Assembly: GCA_964422415.1 (NCBI GenBank)
Contig: CAYRBI010000003.1
Span: forward strand, 10,607-74,606
Length of the DNA: 64,000 nucleotides
Source of the DNA: an uncultured bacterium
Lineage (GTDB): Bacteria > Hinthialibacterota > Hinthialibacteria > OLB16
Direction: 5' to 3'
The translations under genes were made by a program, and so were the position numbers. Below, piece by piece: positions 35,301-40,932 of this stretch (position 1 is the stretch's first letter; each line of letters begins with the position of its first letter). Below the pieces are notes generated by a model. That model had not been told where the DNA came from. It was given only the letters and a program-made list of their open reading frames with translations, and did not search any database.

Positions 35301-36163
35301 GTGACATTTCCCTGCCCCGTAAGCCGTGCGGCACATCCCCAGAAACGGTCATGCTGTGTCCGGTAGGCGGCTTGTACACACGCGAGCGGCGGAATTGGAA
35401 GAGGCGACCGGGAGGGAGAGGTTGTGGCGGTTTCTATAATCCCACCCGTTCGTGAATCAAAACAACAGAGACCTACTTGATCATGTGGCCACTGTTCCAG
35501 AAATGTGGACATCCAAGCAAAGCGTTCTCTGTCTGCACGGTTGGTAGGAATCCGTTGAAGAGCTGATCCAGCCAATCCCGCCACCAGGAAAACTCCCTCA
35601 CAGAAATTCAAAAGAACCTCGGGATGAACACCCTTTTCCGCCGATAGATCCCAGGCTTGTTTGATCTTGAGCAGATTCCGGAAGCCGGCATGGTTGACCG
35701 CAAGCAGGGCGGCCCGCTCACAAGCACAAGCTGGAGTACCATTAGCAATCCGTTGAATAACTCTTTGTTCTTTTGGCACCATGGATTCCCGCCTTCGCGG
35801 GAATGACGATTTCCGAAGAATTTCGCTTATTCTGTCATTCCCGCGAAGGCGGGAATCCATGGTCACGTTCTCTTTCAACAGGCTGTTGGGGGACAGTAAG
35901 AGATCGAAGACATCGGGACTCCGGATCTCTGCTAGGCCTGAAGGGGGTGTAATGAGAACTGTCATCCCGGCCAGACCCAGCATGTGGTTTCTGGCGCAGG
36001 CCTCCAGGAAGCTTGGTCCTCCCTGGAGGGTACCCGTGTCCACCAACGCGGCTACACGGTAGCCCACCTCGGCGGCCGCCTGGACCAGCAGGTTGGGTGG
36101 CACAATCCCCCCCATACGGTCATGGGAGGACTGTAACAGGATAAGGGGCCCATGGTTTGGCAT
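32375..36163 (-). CDS. Highly divergent DnaE (DNA polymerase III alpha)-like protein with degenerate catalytic motifs
   Basis: Collinear with DnaE landmarks (PHP-like N-terminus, LGLTRVDP, KIEVLGL, YREQIHQV...EEMDLW, LGVFEPFG...QQTLFP, OB-like C-terminus), but PDxDxDF is replaced by PVEVDCP. Start chosen at ATG 36163 (AAGGA 9 nt upstream, MPNHGPLILLQSS). The ORF is open to 36217. Confidence 0.75.
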   Translation of the reverse strand: MPNHGPLILLQSSHDRMGGIVPPNLLVQAAAEVGYRVAALVDTGTLQGGPSFLEACARNHMLGLAGMTVLITPPSGLAEIRSPDVFDLLLSPNSLLKENVTMDSRLRGNDRISEILRKSSFPRRRESMVPKEQRVIQRIANGTPACACERAALLAVNHAGFRNLLKIKQAWDLSAEKGVHPEVLLNFCEGVFLVAGLAGSALQRIPTNRADRERFAWMSTFLEQWPHDQVGLCCFDSRTGGIIETATTSPSRSPLPIPPLACVQAAYRTQHDRFWGCAARLTGQGNVTSSRDLPGRIPHAERVVRLLQGLTPAFRGVEKLTAKPFDPYQHSGLTFPVYPVPRGTDAASFFWTLGQETAIATGHIRREGVKERLVEEFQYLKQTRWPTVWLLLWDVRKRLGLPPGTLRPTAEWTTSSLFAHLLGLTRVDPYHEGISFHPGVQDSLHAPVEVDCPHQWEQEVLASLNALLGKGRCGFAAPAPDDHEDLVHAGYRLLAHWEDLEFPGDPPDKLPPLPSFLDQGGGSTSSDAPASLIVSAVNLEQVFAPAKTGYPELDTDPIDALTVGTLVLRLLASNTQTLSCAPFYRDTVPVLPRREESRESITTWIEKHRGEVFRDQGYADDTGKIEVLGLSASLLRLLTIPGSTGYRPLLWRWICAAMPTFIGELADLLALAWHWSFWTQRENLRLIAVQREHPLRSEGGVPPWWEDWTRSADESGLDARIRGDVGAALERFTQGTGGWLLYREQIHQVGTAALRLTAEEMDLWLSLEEGGPQPDPVSSRDQHVWDRNTRETVVQFLGNPNPLPSRPEFLRKAEQLLAMADAFARDPAAMTAILSYLYPGETEDRRELYSLLRARGTRLDPPRAVPGGRYDFSPSTGQLRLGTQNILGVGPQISMDLEASYPSSLQGGGLRDLFQPPPTVPDLSWEEWLKSWPEHRLSWNLLSQLIRLGVFEPFGHNTGALLTEARARHLSLRAQGGGAAQQTLFPVRPGQAHSTTAAIVGPDSLSLHHEEHLELSLLRLGIIQNPLEPFREWFPQEWFAEGGLARQPDWLQMGWVHEVDVFATAGEPQPGGVSQSPWVTFLLFNQETVYRVVDESGKVLSLLPHPIPEAARLDGYRMHLKEPWPLFCEVRSRPYTGQGLPQYLLRECETPALLGNASESWSQIKVVLEDSTAEVLEQLSLFLRWFSGGERGIPLVFENGAGIIKRSGVRRLISRLGSPRVVPSTVLLDRLKSLRGIRAVVVIERQADLFTTPPGSPISSIS
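35779..35862. repeat. Nested-palindrome repeat, copy 2, inside the DnaE-like coding sequence (in frame)
   Basis: 35779-35807 (CCATGGATTCCCGCCTTCGCGGGAATGAC) is the exact reverse complement of 35834-35862. Translated in the host frame as MDSRLRGNDRISEILRKSSFPRRRESM. Confidence 0.85.
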
Positions 36164-36317
36164 ACACGGGAATCCTTGGGAAAAGGGAGCAAAATGACAA
36201 GACACCCCCATTCCCATATACTGCTCGAGCCGGTATAGTCACTTTCAACACCGGGCCCATGAGGATGCAGGATTTCCCCATGCGGCTCAAGACAGGCCGA
36301 TTTCCCCGGAGTAAAAA

Positions 36318-37307
36318 ATGGCAACCAAACGTACCAAAGACCAGAAAGGCACCTGGGTCACCTACCGTCCCGATATCAAGGTAATGGACTGCACGGTCCG
36401 GGATGGTGGCCTGATTAACAACCACAACTTCGAGGACTCTTTTGTCCGCGCGGTCTACCAAACATGTGTCGCCGCGGGTATCGACTACATGGAAATCGGC
36501 TACAAAGGAGCCCAGCGCCTCTACTCCCCCACCGAGCATGGCAAGTGGAAGCATTGCAGCGAAGACGACCTGCGCCGCATCATGGATGACAATCCGGCCA
36601 ATCTGAAAATTTCAGCCATGGCCGACGCGGACCGGTGTGATTACCACGTGGATATTCTCCCCAAAAAGGAGAGCGTCCTCGATATGATCCGCGTGGCCTG
36701 CTACATCAATCAGATCCCCACCGCGATCGACATGGTCAAAGATGCCACCGATAAGGGGTATGAAACCACAGTCAACATCATGGCGGTCTCGACAGTCCAT
36801 GAAAAAGACCTGCTGGAAGCCCTCGAGGTCCTGGCCGAAACCCCCGTCGGCTCGGTGTACATTGTGGACAGCAACGGCGCCCTTTATTCAGAGGAAATCC
36901 AGGATCTCACACGTCAATTCCGCCGGGCCTTGAATGGGACGGATAAACTAGTGGGGATCCACGCCCACAACAATCAACAATTAGCCTACGCCAACACCAT
37001 CGAGGCCATTGTTTGTGGGGCGAGTATGCTCGATGCAACCATCAACGGTATGGGACGTGGCGCGGGGAACTGTCCGCTCGAACTGCTCATCGGATTCCTG
37101 CACAATCCGAAATTTAAGCTGCGTCCCATCTTGGAGTGCATTCAAAACGTATTTCTTCCCATGCGGGACAAGATGGAGTGGGGGTATCAGCTGGCCTATA
37201 TGGTCACTGGCCAGCTCAACCAACACCCACGCTATGCCATTAAGGTACGTGAGAGTTCAACCCCGGATGATATTGTCGGTTTTTACGACCAAATGACAAA
37301 CGATTAA
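36318..37307 (+). CDS. HMGL-like (pyruvate carboxyltransferase domain) aldolase family protein
   Basis: VMDCTVRDGGL, GIDYMEIGY, GIHAHNNQQLAYANT and LDATINGMGRGAGNCPLE are DRE-TIM metallolyase signatures, as in 4-hydroxy-2-oxovalerate aldolase. Confidence 0.8.
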   Translation: MATKRTKDQKGTWVTYRPDIKVMDCTVRDGGLINNHNFEDSFVRAVYQTCVAAGIDYMEIGYKGAQRLYSPTEHGKWKHCSEDDLRRIMDDNPANLKISAMADADRCDYHVDILPKKESVLDMIRVACYINQIPTAIDMVKDATDKGYETTVNIMAVSTVHEKDLLEALEVLAETPVGSVYIVDSNGALYSEEIQDLTRQFRRALNGTDKLVGIHAHNNQQLAYANTIEAIVCGASMLDATINGMGRGAGNCPLELLIGFLHNPKFKLRPILECIQNVFLPMRDKMEWGYQLAYMVTGQLNQHPRYAIKVRESSTPDDIVGFYDQMTND

Positions 37308-37324
37308 TTACTGGAGGATCCCTG

Positions 37325-38050
37325 GTGCTGATGAGAAATCTTAGTCTGGCTATGCTTGTTTCACTCTCCGCCGTGTCTTTCGCGCAAGGCGAGGGGGAAA
37401 AGGCCAAACCCATCCAGCAGGCTTGCACCTTTGAGAAAGAGGTGAAGGTGACCCTGCATTACCTGCTCTACCTGCCAGAAGATTATGACAAGGATCCGAA
37501 CAAGAAGTGGCCCATGATTTTGTTCCTGCATGGAGCGGGCGAGCGTGGAAATGATCTGGAAAAGGTCAAGAAGCATGGCCCACCGAAGATGATCGCCGAG
37601 GGGTCGAAATTTCCCTTCATCGTGGTTTCTCCGCAGTGTCCCGATGACCGGTGGTGGGATACCGATAGCCTCTTCCTTCTACTAGATGAGATCCAAGACA
37701 AGTACCGGGTCGACAAGAACCGGACCTATCTGACAGGGATAAGCATGGGCGGTTTCGGAAGTTGGGACATGGCCAGCAAACAGCCTGAGCGTTTCGCTGC
37801 AATCGCTCCCATCTGTGGCGGTGGTAATCCCTTCTTCGGACCGCGTTTGAAAACTGTGCCGATCTGGGTTTTTCATGGTGGCAAGGACAGTGTGGTCCCC
37901 TTGCAGAAATCACAGGAGATGGTGGATGCGGTCAAGAACGCCGGTGGCGATGTGAAGTTCACGGTCTACCCAGACGCCGATCATGACTCCTGGACTGAGA
38001 CCTACAACAACCCAGATCTTTACGAGTGGTTTTTGAAACACTCGCGGTGA
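37325..38050 (+). CDS. Secreted alpha/beta-hydrolase (carboxylesterase / phospholipase family)
   Basis: Signal peptide (LSLAMLVSLSAVSFAQG). HGAGERG, nucleophile elbow GISMGGFG, and HGGKDSVVP / DADHDSW acid and His contexts. GTG 37325 has GGAGG 7 nt upstream. Confidence 0.8.
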   Translation: MLMRNLSLAMLVSLSAVSFAQGEGEKAKPIQQACTFEKEVKVTLHYLLYLPEDYDKDPNKKWPMILFLHGAGERGNDLEKVKKHGPPKMIAEGSKFPFIVVSPQCPDDRWWDTDSLFLLLDEIQDKYRVDKNRTYLTGISMGGFGSWDMASKQPERFAAIAPICGGGNPFFGPRLKTVPIWVFHGGKDSVVPLQKSQEMVDAVKNAGGDVKFTVYPDADHDSWTETYNNPDLYEWFLKHSR

Positions 38051-38093
38051 TTTTTTTAAATAACCTCGCACTCTTGCTGGGTGCGAAGTCCTT

Positions 38094-38148
38094 CTCCCCC
38101 CCACCCCAACCCTCCCCCGCCAGGGGGGAGGGTTGGGGTGGGGGGGAG
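38094..38148. repeat. C/G-homopolymer palindromic repeat: 25-bp perfect hairpin with G-quadruplex-type G-tract arm
   Basis: 38094-38118 (CTCCCCCCCACCCCAACCCTCCCCC) pairs perfectly with 38124-38148; loop GCCAG. The right arm GGGGGGAGGGTTGGGGTGGGGGGG has four G-tracts. Shares a 23-nt core with 40772-40794. Confidence 0.85.
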
Positions 38149-38191
38149 GTTTACAGGATTTAAATAAGAGACCAATCCCCCTTCCTCCTCC

Positions 38192-39625
38192 ATGACCTTT
38201 AACTCTTTCACTTTTGTTTTCTTCTTTCTGATTGTCTACTCGCTCTACCTGATTCTCAACCATCGCGGGCAGAACCGGATGCTCCTGGTAGCGAGCATTA
38301 TCTTTTATGGCTGGTGGGACTGGCGCTTTCTCTCCCTGTTGTTTGTCTCGATCGGGATTGATTATGTATGCGGGTTGGGGATGGGATCGACAGAATCTCC
38401 CACGAAACGGCGCCTCTATCTCCTGATTGCAGTGTGCGGTGATCTAGGAATTCTATTCTTTTTCAAATACTTCAATTTTTTCCTGGAAACGGGGGCCGAG
38501 TTTCTCACCTTCCTGGGATTTCAGGCTCATCCCAAAACCCTAGGGATCATCCTCCCCATCGGGATTTCCTTTTACACCTTCCAGGCCATGAGCTACACCA
38601 TCGATGTCTACCGGCGGGAGACTCAACCGATCCGTAGTATCGCGGATTTCTGCTTGTACATCCTGTTCTTTCCCCAGCTGGTGGCTGGCCCCATCGAGCG
38701 TTCCACCAACCTGCTGCCCATGATCTTGAAGGAGCGGAGTTTAAATTGGCCGCAATTCAGGGCGGGGCTTTCGTTGATACTGATGGGGTATTTCAAGAAG
38801 ATCGTGGTGGCCGACAACCTGGCGCCAGTGGTGGATTCCGTCCTGGATTCTCCCGGCGTAATGCTTCTTTCTGGGGTAAATATCCTGATCGGGGTATATG
38901 CCTTCGCCTTTCAGATCTATGGTGATTTCGCGGGTTACAGCGATATCGCACGGGGAATGGCCAAGATGATGGGCTTTGAGCTGATGCTCAACTTCAACCG
39001 CCCGTATTTCGCCACCAATCCCTCGGATTTCTGGCGCCGTTGGCACATCAGCCTCTCCACCTGGCTGCGGGATTATCTCTACATTCCACTGGGCGGCAGC
39101 CGCCATGGAACCTTCGCCACCTACCGCAACCTCATGGTCACGATGGTGCTGGGGGGACTCTGGCATGGCGCGGCCATCCATTTCGTCCTGTGGGGTTTTT
39201 ACCATGGTCTCCTCTTGGTCCTCTACCGTCCGGTGGCCAATGGAATCACCCGTTTGACATCGGGATTGCCCACACTGTGGAGACAACCACTGACAGTTGT
39301 CTCGATGATCTTCATGTTCCACTTGAGCTGCTATGGCTGGCTGCTTTTCCGTGTGTCCACCTGGCGGCGGATTGGGATCATGACCAACCACCTCTTCACC
39401 CAATTCTCTCCAGGCACGATCCACCTGCCCTTCGTGGCTCCACTCCTGTACTTCGCGCTCCCACTCCTGCTCTATGAAATTATGCTGGAATCGAAAGCCC
39501 GGCCAGGTGGCCCACACCAGCCTATTCCAGTCTGGCTGAACAGTCTGATGCATGTGTACATGTTCACGATGATCCTGTGTCATGGAGTTTTGGAAGGTGC
39601 CCAGTTCATCTATTTTCAGTTTTGA
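38192..39625 (+). CDS. MBOAT-family membrane-bound O-acyltransferase (AlgI/DltB/PatA-like)
   Basis: 477-aa polytopic protein. FWRRWHISLSTWLRDYLYIPLGGSRHG and LGGLWHGA contain the conserved MBOAT His. Confidence 0.9.
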   Translation: MTFNSFTFVFFFLIVYSLYLILNHRGQNRMLLVASIIFYGWWDWRFLSLLFVSIGIDYVCGLGMGSTESPTKRRLYLLIAVCGDLGILFFFKYFNFFLETGAEFLTFLGFQAHPKTLGIILPIGISFYTFQAMSYTIDVYRRETQPIRSIADFCLYILFFPQLVAGPIERSTNLLPMILKERSLNWPQFRAGLSLILMGYFKKIVVADNLAPVVDSVLDSPGVMLLSGVNILIGVYAFAFQIYGDFAGYSDIARGMAKMMGFELMLNFNRPYFATNPSDFWRRWHISLSTWLRDYLYIPLGGSRHGTFATYRNLMVTMVLGGLWHGAAIHFVLWGFYHGLLLVLYRPVANGITRLTSGLPTLWRQPLTVVSMIFMFHLSCYGWLLFRVSTWRRIGIMTNHLFTQFSPGTIHLPFVAPLLYFALPLLLYEIMLESKARPGGPHQPIPVWLNSLMHVYMFTMILCHGVLEGAQFIYFQF

Positions 39626-40748
39626 ACTCATCCGCGAGCTGGCCAGCTCAATCCGTGCCCACTTCTCTCCACAGGACCGGTGGACCATTACATGGTGCAC
39701 TGTGTTCTTCCTTCCAGCCTTCGCGGTCTCGCTTCTGTCACCCATTGAGGTAGTCTCATCGAGATTCTTGAAATCCAATCCCATCCGTGTGGTCCATGAT
39801 CCCATCACGACCCCCAAGCTGGGGTTCTGCGAGGTGACTGAAGATGGCCTGGTCTACTACCCCACGGAGATCGAGGCCAACGCCTCGGTCCTTGTGATTG
39901 GGAACAGTCATTCAGACTGGATCATGTACCCACAGTGGATTGAACGGGAAGGACGTAACCAGAACCACCGGATCGCCGTCTACAGCGCGGCGCGTCCAGC
40001 CTGCTCCGCCATCGAAATGCTGGATACGCTCATTTATCTTCTAAAAACCACCTCACGGCGGTTCGATGCAATCCTCATCAAACCCGGCAATCCCTTCTTC
40101 GATGATATCGCCCATCCCTTCGAGAAGGAGAAATCAGACCCACTCATCGGGAGTGGCTTCTCGGTCATCTACACAGGGATGCCGTTAGCTGAATCTCCCT
40201 TCAGTTGGAGAGATCACCTCCAAACCGTCCTCCAGAAGCGGAGAACCGACCTGACCTTGATCGAACGCACGCACCGGATGAAACAAATGCACGACCAGAC
40301 TCTGCCTGGACCAGAGGTGGAACTTGTCACCAGCCTCCCCGCTGAGCTGCAGGCACTCATGGACCAGGAAGCAAACCGTCATGAACATGTTCTCACGGAG
40401 ATGGTCCGCATTTGCAAGGCGGCTGGAATCCCGCTGGCATTGATGACTACACCGGGAAGGCAATTCGATCTGACGGATCCAGAGGTCCTTGCGATGAAAT
40501 CCACCACCCCAGCCTTTTTTAATCGATATAGCCTTCTGGGCCTCAATCACCTGCTGACCGGGCGTTTCAATGCCTGCGTCCGGAAAGTGGTCTCCCAGGA
40601 GGGGAGCCAGATCATTGACACAGAGGCCTTCGTGGAGACCTTGCCGAAAGACGAGAACCATTACAGTGATTTTGTGCATCTCAACTTCAAAACCGAGGAG
40701 ATGCACGGAAAGTATGTATACCGCCGGCTGCGGGAGATGGGATTGTAG
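39582..40748 (+). CDS. Membrane-anchored SGNH-like partner protein of the MBOAT (AlgJ/AlgX/PatB/DltD-like role inferred)
   Basis: Follows the MBOAT gene with a 44-nt overlap. N-terminal TM (WCTVFFLPAFAVSLLSPI), VLVIGNSHS block and C-terminal HYSDFVHLN (DxxH-like). Start codon is uncertain. Confidence 0.5.
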   Translation: MEFWKVPSSSIFSFELIRELASSIRAHFSPQDRWTITWCTVFFLPAFAVSLLSPIEVVSSRFLKSNPIRVVHDPITTPKLGFCEVTEDGLVYYPTEIEANASVLVIGNSHSDWIMYPQWIEREGRNQNHRIAVYSAARPACSAIEMLDTLIYLLKTTSRRFDAILIKPGNPFFDDIAHPFEKEKSDPLIGSGFSVIYTGMPLAESPFSWRDHLQTVLQKRRTDLTLIERTHRMKQMHDQTLPGPEVELVTSLPAELQALMDQEANRHEHVLTEMVRICKAAGIPLALMTTPGRQFDLTDPEVLAMKSTTPAFFNRYSLLGLNHLLTGRFNACVRKVVSQEGSQIIDTEAFVETLPKDENHYSDFVHLNFKTEEMHGKYVYRRLREMGL

Positions 40749-40763
40749 AATTGGTTTCGTATG

Positions 40764-40860
40764 CCCCCCCACCCTCCCCCGCCAGGGGGGAGGGGGCAGA
40801 ACACGCTAAAGCGTGAACAACTTGCAACGCCCTCCCCCCTGGCGGGGGAGGGTGGGGGGG
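40764..40860. repeat. Composite palindrome: 31-bp perfect inverted repeat of the C/G-homopolymer element enclosing a CACGC-TAAA-GCGTG mini-hairpin
   Basis: 40764-40794 (CCCCCCCACCCTCCCCCGCCAGGGGGGAGGG) is the exact reverse complement of 40830-40860. The 35-nt loop contains CACGCTAAAGCGTGAACAAC (40802-40821). Confidence 0.85.
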
Positions 40861-40932
40861 GGGATAAAGAACACAAGTTACACTAATTCATTCCGCCTTG
40901 TTCCTCACCTTCTCAATCCCTAAGATCAATCC

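Noticed and set aside
35781-36062. 93-aa plus-strand ORF starting MDSRLRGNDDFRRISLILSFPRRRESMV.
   Set aside because: It is a translation of the palindromic repeat followed by antisense of the DnaE-like gene. The same applies to ORF 29332..29589 (VIPAKAGIH...) across repeat copy 1.
38741-39817. 358-aa minus-strand ORF.
   Set aside because: It is antisense to the MBOAT gene, whose family motifs are unambiguous. The product is His/Gly/Pro-rich and low-complexity.
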